A stretch of DNA of 64,000 nt from positions 2,816,001-2,880,000 of the forward strand of contig JASGHJ010000002.1 of the NCBI GenBank assembly GCA_047602405.1, given 5' to 3'. The translations under genes were made by a program, and so were the position numbers. Numbering within the stretch: position 1 is the first letter of the stretch; every line of letters begins with the position of its first letter. The notes beneath the pieces were generated by a model. The model saw only the letters and a program-made list of their open reading frames with translations. It was not told the origin of the DNA and did no database searches. Below, piece by piece: positions 28,486-39,001 of the stretch. Source of the stretch: Anaeromyxobacteraceae bacterium (GTDB lineage: Bacteria; Myxococcota; Myxococcia; Myxococcales; Anaeromyxobacteraceae).

Positions 28486-29625
28486 GTGGAGAAGCTCATC
28501 CTCAGGAAGATCGAGGCCGGCCGCGAGGAGATGATCCTCAACTTCGGCCCGCAGCACCCCTCCACCCACGGCGTCATCAACCTCCTCGTCGAGACCGACG
28601 GCGAGGTGCTGCGGCGGGCCATCCCCGACGTCGGCTACCTGCACCGCGGCATCGAGAAGATCGGCGAGCAGACCGGCTACCCGGGCTTCATGCCCTTCAC
28701 CGACCGCGTCGACTACGTCGCCGCGATGTTCGCGAACGAGGGCTACGCGATCGCGGTCGAGAAGCTCCTCGGCGTCGAGGCGCCCCCGCGGGCCCAGTGG
28801 CTGCGCGCCATCTCCTGCGAGCTCTCCCGCATCGCGAGCCACCTCGTCTCGGTCGGCACGATGGCGATGGACATCGGCGCCTTCACCCCGATGCTCCACG
28901 GCATCCGCGAGCGGGAGAAGATCAACGACCTCGTCGAGGCCCTCTGCGGCGCGCGGCTGACCTTCAACTACCACCGCATCGGCGGCGTCGCGTTCGACCT
29001 CCCCGAGGGCTGGCGCGACGACTGCCTCCACTTCCTCGACCACTTCGACCGGTTCCTGAAGGAGTTCGACCGGCTCATCTCGTTCAACGAGGTCTACGTC
29101 CGCCGCCTCGCGAACGTCGCGGTCATCCCCGGCCCGATGGCGGTCGACTACTCGCTCTCCGGCCCGAACCTGCGCGGCTCGGGCGTCGACTTCGACCTGC
29201 GCCGCGACGCGCCCTACGGCGCGTACGCGAGCTTCCAGTTCGACGTCCCGGTCGGGAAGGGCTTCGTCGGCACGGTGGGCGACTGCTTCGACCGGTACTA
29301 CTGCCGCTGCCTCGAGATGGCCCAGTCCTCGCGCATCGTGCGCCAGGCGCTCGAGAGCCTCCCCGAGGGCGAGATCGCCGCGAAGGTGCCGCGCAAGGTG
29401 AAGCCCGAGCCGGGCGAGGTGCAGTCGAAGGTCGAGTCCGCCCGCGGCGAGATGGCCTACTACGTGGTGTCGGACGGGACCGACAAGGCCCACCGGGTCC
29501 GGGTCCGCACCGGCAGCTTCACGGCGATGGGCGTCATCGAGGAGGTCTCGCGCGGGCTGATGCTCGCCGACCTCGTCGCCCTCATCGCCTCGCTCGACGT
29601 CGTCGCCCCGGAGATCGATCGATGA
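28486..29625 (+). CDS. nuoD: NADH-quinone oxidoreductase subunit D (operon 2)
   Basis: [20 protein letters not shown], ends EIDR. No NiFe CxxC motifs. Confidence 0.95.
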   Translation: MEKLILRKIEAGREEMILNFGPQHPSTHGVINLLVETDGEVLRRAIPDVGYLHRGIEKIGEQTGYPGFMPFTDRVDYVAAMFANEGYAIAVEKLLGVEAPPRAQWLRAISCELSRIASHLVSVGTMAMDIGAFTPMLHGIREREKINDLVEALCGARLTFNYHRIGGVAFDLPEGWRDDCLHFLDHFDRFLKEFDRLISFNEVYVRRLANVAVIPGPMAVDYSLSGPNLRGSGVDFDLRRDAPYGAYASFQFDVPVGKGFVGTVGDCFDRYYCRCLEMAQSSRIVRQALESLPEGEIAAKVPRKVKPEPGEVQSKVESARGEMAYYVVSDGTDKAHRVRVRTGSFTAMGVIEEVSRGLMLADLVALIASLDVVAPEIDR

Positions 29626-31025
29626 CGAGAAAGAAGCACGACCGCACCCCTCGCATCGGCGCCAACCCGCGCGGGGTCGTCCTCGGCACCCTCGCCTTCG
29701 GGTTCGGGCTCCCCGCCCTGCTCTTCTCGGCGGTGCTGGTGCTCTCCCCCATCTCGCGCCCGGCGATGATGACCGCGCTCGTCAGGAAGCTCGGCGCCGT
29801 GCTCGGCACCGGCTGGGACCCCGACACCTGGTCGGCGACCGGCCACCAGGTCCTCTACGGCGTCTCGGTCGCCCTGCTCGCCTTCGTGCTCGTGAACTTC
29901 GGCGCGGTGGTCTCGGGCATGACGGTGTGGTGGGAGATGCGGGTCTCCTCCCGCATGCAGAGCCGGGTCGGCTACAACCGCGTGGGCGCGGGCGGCTTCT
30001 TCCAGTGGGTCGCCGACGCGGTGAAGCTCCTCTTCAAGGAGGACCTCGTCCCCGCCGACGCCGACCACGCGCTCTTCCGGGCGGCGCCGTACTTCGTGCT
30101 CACCGGCTTCGCGCTCGTCTTCGTGGCGCTGCCCTTCGGCGAGAGCCTCGTCGCCGCGAACCTCGACGTGGGCGTCTTCTACGTCGTCTCGGTCACCGCC
30201 CTGGTGGTCGTCGGCATCCTCCTCGCCGGCTGGTCGTCCAACTCGAAGTGGGCGCTCTTCGGCGGCATGCGGTCGGCCGCGCAGGTCATCTCCTACGAGA
30301 TCCCGGCCGGCATCGCGATCCTCGTGCCGGTGATGCTGGCGGGCACGCTCTCGCTCCAGGGCATCATCCGCGCGCAGGGGCCGTGGCCCTGGCAGTGGTT
30401 CGTGTTCACCTCGCCCGCCGGCCCGCTCGCGTTCCTGGTGTTCTTCATCTCGCAGCTCGCCGAGGGCAACCGCACCCCGTTCGACCTCCCCGAGGCCGAG
30501 TCCGAGCTCGTCGCGGGCTACCTCTCCGAGTACTCGAGCTTCCGGTTCGCGCTCTACTTCCTGGTCGAGTTCGGCAACCTCTGGATCATGGCCGCGCTGA
30601 GTGTCTGCCTCTTCTTCGGCGGCTGGCAGGTGCCCTTCACGACGGCCCAGACCTTCGAGGCCGCGAAGGGCGCCGGCGAGCTCCCCGGGCTCGGCTGGTG
30701 GGGGCTGCAGATCCTCTCGATGGCGGTCTTCGCGCTGAAGACCCTCGTCGTGGTGAACGTGATCGTCTGGGTGCGCTGGACGCTGCCCCGCATCCGCGTC
30801 GACCAGATGATGACGCTCTGCTGGAAGTACCTCGTGCCCTTCGCGTTCGCGGCGCTCCTCGTGACGCTGCTCTGGCAGATCCTGATCGCGGCGGTGCCGG
30901 CCGTCGGCCTCGCGACCGGGATCGTCCTCACCGGCGCGGCCGTCCTGGTGGGCGGGGTCTTCCTCCGCAAGACCTTCAGGAACCTCGCGACCGCGGGCGA
31001 CCGCGTCGACCTCACGAACTGGTGA
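29622..31025 (+). CDS. nuoH: NADH-quinone oxidoreductase subunit H (operon 2)
   Basis: [36 protein letters not shown]. Confidence 0.95.
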   Translation: MTRKKHDRTPRIGANPRGVVLGTLAFGFGLPALLFSAVLVLSPISRPAMMTALVRKLGAVLGTGWDPDTWSATGHQVLYGVSVALLAFVLVNFGAVVSGMTVWWEMRVSSRMQSRVGYNRVGAGGFFQWVADAVKLLFKEDLVPADADHALFRAAPYFVLTGFALVFVALPFGESLVAANLDVGVFYVVSVTALVVVGILLAGWSSNSKWALFGGMRSAAQVISYEIPAGIAILVPVMLAGTLSLQGIIRAQGPWPWQWFVFTSPAGPLAFLVFFISQLAEGNRTPFDLPEAESELVAGYLSEYSSFRFALYFLVEFGNLWIMAALSVCLFFGGWQVPFTTAQTFEAAKGAGELPGLGWWGLQILSMAVFALKTLVVVNVIVWVRWTLPRIRVDQMMTLCWKYLVPFAFAALLVTLLWQILIAAVPAVGLATGIVLTGAAVLVGGVFLRKTFRNLATAGDRVDLTNW

Positions 31026-31030
31026 CCGCC

Positions 31031-31672
31031 ATGAACGCCCTGCGCGACTACGCGGCCCCGGTCCTCCGCTCCTTCACGTCCATCTGGGACGGGCTCAGCA
31101 TCACGCTCTCCCACCTGCTGCGGCGGCCGACGACCATCCAGTACCCGGACCGCACCGAGATCCCGGTGCGCGACATGCTCCCGCCGCGCTACCGCGGCTT
31201 CCTCGAGGTCGACACCGCGATCTGCACCGGCTGCCAGGCCTGCGAGCGCGCCTGCCCGATCTCGGTGATCGCGATCCACCTCGAGAAGGACCCCGCGAAC
31301 CCGAAGGTCCGCGTCGTCGACCAGTTCGACATCGACCTCTCGAAGTGCATGTTCTGCGGCCTGTGCGTGGAGCCGTGCCCGACCGGCGCCATCCAGCACA
31401 CCCGCGAGTTCGAGGGCTCCCAGCGCCACGTCCGCAACCTGGTGGTGCGCTGGGCCGATCCGGTGGCGCCGTTCCCCGTCTACAAGGTCGACAAGTCGGC
31501 CGACCACTACCCGCGCGCCCCGCTCGGCACGCTCGTCCGCGCGAAGCTCGAGTCCCACCGCTGGGACGCGGCGGCGCCGGTGTTCCTGCCGCCCGCGCCA
31601 CGCGCCCCGGCCGCCCCGGCCGCCGCACCCGCCGCGGCCGCGGCGCCCGCGAAGAAGGAGGAGCCGAAGTGA
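31031..31672 (+). CDS. nuoI: NADH-quinone oxidoreductase subunit I (operon 2)
   Basis: TIQYP, CTGCQACERACP, CMFCGLCVEPCP. Confidence 0.95.
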   Translation: MNALRDYAAPVLRSFTSIWDGLSITLSHLLRRPTTIQYPDRTEIPVRDMLPPRYRGFLEVDTAICTGCQACERACPISVIAIHLEKDPANPKVRVVDQFDIDLSKCMFCGLCVEPCPTGAIQHTREFEGSQRHVRNLVVRWADPVAPFPVYKVDKSADHYPRAPLGTLVRAKLESHRWDAAAPVFLPPAPRAPAAPAAAPAAAAAPAKKEEPK

Positions 31673-32301
31673 CCCGCCTCCGCGCCCTCGCCCTCTGGGC
31701 CGTCGCGACCGCGCTCGTGGTCGCGTTCGTGTGGGCCATCGGCCGCCTCGCCATCGAGCCCGCGCTCGAGCAGGGCGCCCGGCCCGACCTCGGCACCTGG
31801 GGCCTCGCCGACGTCCTCTTCTACTTCCTCGCGGCGGTCGCCGTCGGCGGCGCCGCCGCGGTCGCGCTCTCGCGCAACATCCTGCGCAGCGCGGTCGGGC
31901 TCCTCGCCGCGCTCCTCGGGGTGGGCGGCCTGTACGTCTTCCTGTCGGCCGACTTCGTCGCCATCACCCAGGTGCTCGTCTACATCGGCGGCGTCCTCGT
32001 CCTCGTGCTCTTCGCCGTCATGCTGACGAGCAAGATCACCGAGGTCACCGTCTCGAACACGAGCGTCGGGCTCTGGGGCGGGCTCCTCCTCTTCGTCGCG
32101 GTGGCGCCGGTGCTCGGCGCGGTCGCGTTCCTCACCCCCTGGAGCGTGCGGGAGCCCGGGGCGCTCGCCCCCACCACCCAGGCCATCGGGAACGCCTTCC
32201 TGACGAAGTGGCTCCTCCCGTTCGAGGTGGCGTCGCTGCTGCTCCTCGCGACCCTGGTCGGCGCGGTCGTGATGGCGCGCAAGGAGATCCGGCCCGAATG
32301 A
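31669..32301 (+). CDS. nuoJ: NADH-quinone oxidoreductase subunit J
   Basis: QVLVYIGGVLVLVLFAVML, PFEVASLLLL. Confidence 0.95.
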   Translation: MTRLRALALWAVATALVVAFVWAIGRLAIEPALEQGARPDLGTWGLADVLFYFLAAVAVGGAAAVALSRNILRSAVGLLAALLGVGGLYVFLSADFVAITQVLVYIGGVLVLVLFAVMLTSKITEVTVSNTSVGLWGGLLLFVAVAPVLGAVAFLTPWSVREPGALAPTTQAIGNAFLTKWLLPFEVASLLLLATLVGAVVMARKEIRPE

Positions 32302-32603
32302 TCACGCTCGCGCACTTCCTCGTCGTCGGCGCGCTCCTGTTCACGCTCGGGCTCGTCACGGTGTCCACCCGCCGGAACGCGGTCGGCGTCCTGATGGGCG
32401 TCGAGCTCATCCTGAACGGCGCCAACGTGAACTTCGTCGCCTTCGAGCGGTACGTGGGCGGCGGCGGCGCGGGCCAGGCCTTCGCCCTCTTCGTCATCGT
32501 GCTCGCGGCGGCGGAGGCGGCGGTGGGGCTCGCCATCGTCCTCGCCATCTTCCAGACCACGAAGACCATCGACGTCCGCGCCGCGGACCTGCTCCGGGAG
32601 TGA
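32298..32603 (+). CDS. nuoK: NADH-quinone oxidoreductase subunit K
   Basis: MGVELILN, AAAEAAVGLAI. Confidence 0.95.
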   Translation: MITLAHFLVVGALLFTLGLVTVSTRRNAVGVLMGVELILNGANVNFVAFERYVGGGGAGQAFALFVIVLAAAEAAVGLAIVLAIFQTTKTIDVRAADLLRE

Positions 32604-34852
32604 CCGTGGAACACGAGGCCATGGAGCTCGCCCCGCTCGTCACGACCACGGTGTCGTGGCTGCGGCTCATCCCGCTCCTCCCGATGCTGGGGGCGACCTG
32701 GAACTTCCTGTTCGGGAAGCGCCTGCAGGCCCGCTACGGGAACGCGCCGATCCACGCGGTCGCCGTCGGCGTGATGACCGTCGCCTTCGCCCTCGCGGTC
32801 GGCGCCTTCGTGACCATGCTCGGGCTGGAGGCGTCGCACCGGTTCCTGCAGGACACCGCCTGGACGCTCGCGGTGGCCGGGCCGCTGAAGGTCGACCTCG
32901 GCTTCGCGCTCGACCCGCTCTCGATGACGCTGACCCTGGTGGTCACCGGCATCGGCACGCTCATCCACGTCTTCTCGACCGGCTACATGCACGACGAGAA
33001 GGCGTACTGGCGCTACTTCACGTACCTCAACCTCTTCGCCGCCGCGATGCTCACGCTCGTCATGGGTGACAACCTCGCGGTCGTCTTCTTCGGCTGGGAG
33101 GGCGTCGGCCTCGCCTCCTACCTCCTCATCGGCTTCTGGTGGCGCGACCGCGACAAGGCCGCCGCCGGCATGAAGGCGTTCGTCGTCAACCGCGTCGGCG
33201 ACTTCGGCTTCCTCGCGGGCCTGCTGCTCCTCTTCTGGCTCCTCGCCGGCGCCTGGGGCACCGGGGTCCCGGCCCACGTCGCGCCGACCGTGAACTGGCG
33301 CGAGCTGCGCGACCTCATCGCGCTCCCCGAGACGGGGCTCGCCCACCACCTGCAGTCGGTGCAGGTGCTCGGGCTGCCCGCCCTCGCGGTGGTCGGGATG
33401 CTCCTCTTCGTCGGCGCGATGGGGAAGAGCGCCCAGCTCCCGCTGCACGTCTGGCTGCCCGACGCGATGGCCGGCCCGACCCCGGTCTCCGCCCTCATCC
33501 ACGCGGCCACGATGGTGACCGCCGGCGTCTACCTCGTCGCCCGGCTCAACTTCGTCTACGCGCTCTCGCCCTCGGCGATGGGCTGGGTGGCGCTCGTCGG
33601 CGGGCTCACCGCCTTCTTCGCGGCGACCATCGGCGTCGTCCAGACCGACATCAAGAAGGTGCTCGCCTACTCCACCGTCTCCCAGCTCGGCTTCATGTTC
33701 GTGGGCGTCGGGGTGGGCACCTACTGGGCCGGCGTCTACCACCTCGTCACGCACGCCTTCTTCAAGGCGGCGCTCTTCCTCGGGTCGGGCTCGGTCATCA
33801 TGGCCTGCCACCACGAGCAGGACATGCGGAAGATGGGCGGGCTCGGGAAGCTCATGCCCATCACGCGGTGGACGTACCTCATCGCGACGCTCGCCATCGC
33901 GGGCTTCCCGGTGGCGTCCGGCTTCTACTCGAAGGACGAGATCCTCTGGAAGGCGTTCACCGCGCGGCACCTCGAGCTCTTCGGGCACCCCACGCCCTGG
34001 CTCGGGCCGGCGATCTGGCTCGCGGGGCTCGTCGCCGCGACCGGGACGTCGTTCTACATGTTCCGCTCGTACTACATGACCTTCACGGGCGCCTACCGCG
34101 GAGGCCACGCCGACCACGGGCACGACGCGCACGCGGCGCACGGCGCCGACGCCGCCCACGGCGCCGCGAAGACCGCGCACGGCCATGACGCTCACGGCCA
34201 CGGCCACCTGCCGAAGGAGTCCCCGGTCGCGATGACCGCCGTGCTGATCGTGCTCGCGGCCGGCGCGATCCTCATGAGCTTCTTCGGCCTCCCCATGGCC
34301 TGGACCGGCCACGAGCCGCTCCTCGAGGCCTGGCTCGCGCCCTCGCTCCCCGCCGGCCCCACGGTGCCGTTCACCGAGTTCCCGCACGCCATGGAGTACC
34401 TGTTCCAGGCGCTCGGGGTCGGCGCGGCGACGGTGGGCTGGCTCATCGCCCGCGCGCTCTACGCCGACGCGCGGTCGAGGACGCCCGAGGCCCTCAAGGC
34501 CCGCTTCCTCGCGGCCTGGACCTTCGTGAACCAGGCCTGGCGGGTCGACGCGCTCTACGCGCGCACGGTCATCCGCCCGACCGTGGCGACCGCGCGCGGC
34601 CTCTCCCGCTTCGACGGCGCCGTCATCGACGGCCTCGTGAACGCGGTGGGCGCGGTCGGCCGGTTCCTCGGCTTCATCGACGCCGCCATCGACACGCACC
34701 TCGTCGACGGCGCGGTCAACCTCGTCGCCACGCTCACCGGCCGGGCCGGCCGCGCCATGCGCGGCCTCCAGACCGGCCGGATCCAGACCTACCTCTACGG
34801 CGCGCTCGGCGGAGCGCTGTTCGTCGTCCTCCTCAACTTCCTCGTTCGCTGA
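32600..34852 (+). CDS. nuoL: NADH-quinone oxidoreductase subunit L
   Basis: GWEGVG, KSAQLPLHVWLPDAMAGPTPVSALIHAATMV, HAFFKA. Confidence 0.95.
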   Translation: MTVEHEAMELAPLVTTTVSWLRLIPLLPMLGATWNFLFGKRLQARYGNAPIHAVAVGVMTVAFALAVGAFVTMLGLEASHRFLQDTAWTLAVAGPLKVDLGFALDPLSMTLTLVVTGIGTLIHVFSTGYMHDEKAYWRYFTYLNLFAAAMLTLVMGDNLAVVFFGWEGVGLASYLLIGFWWRDRDKAAAGMKAFVVNRVGDFGFLAGLLLLFWLLAGAWGTGVPAHVAPTVNWRELRDLIALPETGLAHHLQSVQVLGLPALAVVGMLLFVGAMGKSAQLPLHVWLPDAMAGPTPVSALIHAATMVTAGVYLVARLNFVYALSPSAMGWVALVGGLTAFFAATIGVVQTDIKKVLAYSTVSQLGFMFVGVGVGTYWAGVYHLVTHAFFKAALFLGSGSVIMACHHEQDMRKMGGLGKLMPITRWTYLIATLAIAGFPVASGFYSKDEILWKAFTARHLELFGHPTPWLGPAIWLAGLVAATGTSFYMFRSYYMTFTGAYRGGHADHGHDAHAAHGADAAHGAAKTAHGHDAHGHGHLPKESPVAMTAVLIVLAAGAILMSFFGLPMAWTGHEPLLEAWLAPSLPAGPTVPFTEFPHAMEYLFQALGVGAATVGWLIARALYADARSRTPEALKARFLAAWTFVNQAWRVDALYARTVIRPTVATARGLSRFDGAVIDGLVNAVGAVGRFLGFIDAAIDTHLVDGAVNLVATLTGRAGRAMRGLQTGRIQTYLYGALGGALFVVLLNFLVR

Positions 34853-34876
34853 GCCTTCGACCGGAGCCAGACCCCC

Positions 34877-36538
34877 ATGTTCGACGCCGGCAACGTCCTC
34901 ACCTGGGCCACCTTCGCCCCGCTCCTCGGGTCGGCGGCCATCCTCGTGCTCGTCGCGGTGCGCTACGCGGCGAACCTCCCGAAGCGCGTCGCCGACCAGG
35001 GCGCGCGCGCCATCGCCCTCTTCACGAGCGCGCTCTCGTTCGTCGCCGCCATCTACGCCTGGTCCTTCTACCAGTCGGCCGACGCGGGCCCGCAGCTCGT
35101 GCAGCGCGCGGTCTGGATCCGGAGCTTCGGCGTCGAGTACCACGTCGGCGTCGACGGCCTCTCGATCTCGATGGTGCTCCTCTCCGGGCTCATCTCGCTC
35201 GTCGCGACCGTCGCCTCGATGCCCTGGTGGTCGGGCGCGAAGGACGCCGAGATGGCCGGCATCACCCAGCCTCACGAGGCGGGGGGCCACGGCGACGGCC
35301 ACGGGCACCACAAGCCGCACTTCTCGGTCCGGATGACGCCGGGCTACATGGCGCTCCTGCTCCTCCTGCAGACGGGCATGATCGGCACCTTCGTCGCCCT
35401 GGACATGTTCCTCTTCTACGTGTTCTGGGAGGTCATGCTCCTGCCGATGTACTTCCTCATCGGCATCTGGGGCGGGCCGCGCAAGGAGTACGCGGCGATC
35501 AAGTTCTTCCTCTACACGCTCGCGGGCTCCGTGCTCATGCTGCTCGCGATCATCGGCGTGTACTACGCGTCGGGCCCCTCGACGCTCGTCGACGGCACCC
35601 CGGTCCAGCACACCTTCGACCTCGTCGAGCTCGCCCGCCAGGGCGCGGCCGGCCGCTTCACGAACGCCGCCCCCATCCTCGGGATGGAGTTCGCGAAGCT
35701 CTGCTTCGTCCTCTTCTTCATCGGGTTCGCCATCAAGATCCCGATGTTCCCGTTCCACACCTGGCTGCCCGACGCCCACGTCGAGGCCCCCACGCCCATC
35801 TCGGTCATCCTCGCGGGCGTGCTCCTCAAGATGGGCCCGTACGGCATCCTCCGCTTCAACTACCCGCTTTTCCCCGACGCCACGCACTGGGCCGCGAACG
35901 CCGTCGCCGTGCTCGGGATGATCAACATCGTCTACGCGGCGCTCGTCTGCCTCGGGCAGAAAGACCTCAAGAAGCTCATCGCGTACTCGTCGGTCTCGCA
36001 CATGGGCTTCACGCTGCTCGGCATGGCGGCCATGACGCCGACCGGGATGTCCGGGGCGATCCTCAACCTCTTCACCCACGGCATCATCAGCCCGATGCTG
36101 TTCCTCGTGGTCGGCGTCATCTACGACCGCGCCCACCACCGCGAGATTGAGGGCTTCGGCGGCCTCGCCCAGGAGCTGCCGGAGTACACGGCGATCATGG
36201 GCCTCGCCTTCTTCGCCTCGCTGGGCCTCCCCGGCCTCGCGGGCTTCGTCTCCGAGTTCCTGGTGTTCGCCGGCTCCTTCCCGACCTTCACCGCGTACAC
36301 GGTGATCTCGGCGACGAGCGTCGTCTTCACCGCGGCCTACTACCTGTGGGCCATCCACCGGATGTTCCTCGGCGCGCCCAACCCGAAGTACGCGGGCTAC
36401 CCCGACCTCAACTGGCGCGAGCGCCTCACGCTCTACCCGCTCGGCGCCTTCGCGATCGTGCTGGGCTTCTACCCCCAGTTCATCCTGAGCGCGGTCAACG
36501 GCACGCTCCACGCGATCGTCCGCTCGATCCCGAGCTAG
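34877..36538 (+). CDS. nuoM: NADH-quinone oxidoreductase subunit M
   Basis: FYVFWE, KIPMFPFHTWLPDAHVEAP, AYSSVSHMG. Confidence 0.95.
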   Translation: MFDAGNVLTWATFAPLLGSAAILVLVAVRYAANLPKRVADQGARAIALFTSALSFVAAIYAWSFYQSADAGPQLVQRAVWIRSFGVEYHVGVDGLSISMVLLSGLISLVATVASMPWWSGAKDAEMAGITQPHEAGGHGDGHGHHKPHFSVRMTPGYMALLLLLQTGMIGTFVALDMFLFYVFWEVMLLPMYFLIGIWGGPRKEYAAIKFFLYTLAGSVLMLLAIIGVYYASGPSTLVDGTPVQHTFDLVELARQGAAGRFTNAAPILGMEFAKLCFVLFFIGFAIKIPMFPFHTWLPDAHVEAPTPISVILAGVLLKMGPYGILRFNYPLFPDATHWAANAVAVLGMINIVYAALVCLGQKDLKKLIAYSSVSHMGFTLLGMAAMTPTGMSGAILNLFTHGIISPMLFLVVGVIYDRAHHREIEGFGGLAQELPEYTAIMGLAFFASLGLPGLAGFVSEFLVFAGSFPTFTAYTVISATSVVFTAAYYLWAIHRMFLGAPNPKYAGYPDLNWRERLTLYPLGAFAIVLGFYPQFILSAVNGTLHAIVRSIPS

Positions 36539-36556
36539 GGGACCGGCGAGGAACCC

Positions 36557-38108
36557 ATGGAGACCCTCCTCCCCATCGTGAAGGACAACGTCGGCTCGGT
36601 CGCCGCGTTCCTGCCGGAGCTCGTGCTCGGCGCGGCCGCGATGCTGGTGCTCGTGCTCGACGCCGCGCTCCGGAAGCACCCGCGCCGCACCGGGATTCCT
36701 CACCGGCGCCGCGCTCGCCTCCCTCGCGGTGGTCGCGCTCCTGCACGGCGCCCGCCCCGAGGGCGAGAAGCTCATCTGGGCGGGGCTCATCGCGTCCGAC
36801 GCCTTCTCCCGCTTCTTCGGCTGGCTGTTCCTCGGCGCCGGCGCGATGACGGTCGTGCTCGCCGGCTTCGGGCGCGACTTCCCCGCCCCGCGCATCGGCC
36901 AGTTCCACGCGCTCCTGCTCACGGTGGTGCTGGGCCTGTTCCTGATGGCGAGCGCCACCGACCTGTTGATGATCTACCTCGCCATCGAGCTCGTCTCGGT
37001 GCCGAGCTACGTGCTCGCGGGCTTCCGGCGCAACGACCGCCGCGCCTCCGAGGCGGCGCTGAAGTACGTCGTGTTCGGCGGGGTCGCCTCCGGCGTCATG
37101 CTCTTCGGCATGAGCTACCTCTTCGGCCTCACCGGCACGACCGCCATCGGCGAGATTGGCCCGCGGCTGGCGGTGATCCAGACCCAGCTCGGGCTGCCGC
37201 AGGCGGCGGTGCGCTTCACGCTCGTGGTCTCGATCGTCTTCGTGCTCGCCGGCGTCGGCTACAAGATCTCGGCGGTGCCGTGGCACATGTGGTGCCCCGA
37301 CGTGTACGAGGGCGCCCCGAGCCCCTTCACCGCGTTCCTCTCGGTGGGCCCGAAGGCCGCCGGCTTCGCGCTCGCGCTCCGGCTCTTCCACGTGGCGTTC
37401 TCGATGCCGCTCGGCGCGCCGCTCGCCGACGCGCTCGACGGCGTGCCCTGGCCGGCGGTCATCGGCGTCGTCGCCGCGGTCACGATGACGCTCGGGAACC
37501 TCGCCGCGCTCTCGCAGACCAACCTGAAGCGCCTCCTCGCGTACTCCTCGATCGCGCAGGCGGGCTACACGCTCATGGGGCTCGCGGCCGCGTCCGAGCG
37601 CGGCACCCAGGCCGTGATGATCCAGCTCGTGATGTACCTCGTCATGAACCTGGGCGCCTTCATGGTGGTGATCCGGGTCGCCGACGCGACGGGCTCGGAG
37701 TCGATCCAGGACTACCGCGGCCTCGCGCGGCGCCAGCCGCTCGCCGCGATCACCTTCGCGGTGTTCCTCTTCTCGCTCACCGGGCTCCCGCCGCTCGCGG
37801 GCTTCGCCGGGAAGTGGTGGCTGTTCTACGCGGTGTTCGAGCGGGTCGGCGGGCCGGGCGGCGCGGGCTACGCGCTCCTCGCGCTCTGCGGCGCCATCAA
37901 CACGGCGATCTCGCTCTACTACTACGCGCGGATCGTGAAGGCGATGTTCCTCGACGACCTGCCGGAGGGCGAGGTGAAGCCGCTGCCGCGCGCCTGGCTC
38001 GACCAGCTCTTGCTCGGCGGGCTCGCGACCGGGGTCCTCGTGCTGGGCCTCTGGTGGCAGCCGGTGATCGACTGGACCGGCGCCGCGGTCCGGATGTTCC
38101 GCGGCTGA
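36557..38108 (+). CDS. nuoN: NADH-quinone oxidoreductase subunit N, with an apparent +1 frameshift near 36695
   Basis: The N-terminus (FLPELVL) and the body (EAALKY, VPWHMWCPDVYEGAP, KRLLAYSSI) lie in different frames. Confidence 0.9.
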
Positions 38109-38310
38109 GGCGCGGCCCCTCCGACGAGGGCGGGCCGACCGTGGAGGAATGGGACGGACCGAGGGCCGGTCCGTCCCGGATCTCCCCAGCTCCCGGCCGC
38201 CGGCGGCGCCAACCCCCGATTCTTCCGGGAGTGCACCCGTGGCACGTCGGATGCGAGGCGAGCGGGCCCGGGACACACGTCCGTCCACCCGTCCCATGAG
38301 GAGAGCCCCC

Positions 38311-38517
38311 ATGAAGAACGCCATCTTCGCCGCGCTCGTGCTCGCCATCGCCGCCCCCGCGTTCGCGGACGAGGCCAAGAAGGACGCCGCCCCCGCGAAG
38401 GCCCCGGCCGCCGCGAAGGCCGAGGACAAGAAGGACGCGAAGGCCCCCGCCGGCGCCCCGAAGGCCGAGGAGAAGAAGGACGCCGCGAAGCCGGCCGAGG
38501 CGCCGAAGGCGAAGTAA
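38311..38517 (+). CDS. Small secreted Ala/Lys/Pro-rich protein
   Basis: GAGGAG RBS, signal MKNAIFAALVLAIAAPAFA and repetitive KKDAAPAK. Confidence 0.8.
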   Translation: MKNAIFAALVLAIAAPAFADEAKKDAAPAKAPAAAKAEDKKDAKAPAGAPKAEEKKDAAKPAEAPKAK

Positions 38518-38538
38518 CGAGGTCTCCGCACGGGACCC

Positions 38539-38577
38539 GGAGGGCCGGCAGGCGTCCTGCCGGCCCTCCTCCGTTTT
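38539..38577 (+). terminator. Intrinsic terminator
   Basis: 14-bp stem GGAGGGCCGGCAGG/CCTGCCGGCCCTCC followed by a short T-run. Confidence 0.65.
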
Positions 38578-38594
38578 CGTGGTAGACGGTCGCC

Positions 38595-38944
38595 ATGTCG
38601 ACCGACCGCGCCGCGCTGAAGCGCCAGTACCGTGAGGCGAAGGAGCCCATGGGCGTCTTCGTCATCCGGAACCTCCGGAACGGCCGCTTCCAGGTCCGCC
38701 AGGCGCTCAACCTGCGCGGCGGGATGAACCGCCTCAAGGTCGAGATCACCCCCGGCACGAACCCCAACGTCGCGCTCCGGGACGACTGGCGCGCCATGGG
38801 CCGGAGGCCTTCGAGGTGAAGGTGCTCGACGTGCTCGAGCCGCCGAAGGACGCGCCGTCGAGCTGGGACCCGAAGGACGACCTCGCCGAGCTCGAGCGGA
38901 TGTGGATCGAGCGGCTGAAGGCGGAGGGCGGGGTGCCCTACTGA
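38595..38944 (+). CDS. GIY-YIG nuclease family small protein, frameshifted near 38800
   Basis: GVFVIRNLRNG...NVALRDDW..G, continuing EAFEVKVLD...ELERMW in the shifted frame. Confidence 0.75.
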
Positions 38945-39001
38945 GGCCGGGATGAGCTCCTCACGGCGCCGCGCTCGACGCGCCCGGGCGGGGTGGCGGC
39001 C

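Noticed and set aside
32132..36958. 1608-aa minus-strand ORF and similar long ORFs (22130-25633, 7341-11054, 40697-44344, 10769-13783)
   Set aside because: These are shadow frames of recognisable genes in high-GC DNA. They are Arg/Gly/Pro-rich and have no motifs.
26813..38108. Group 4 NiFe hydrogenase or 2M-type complex I
   Set aside because: NuoD lacks Ni-binding CxxC motifs, and there is only one nuoM.
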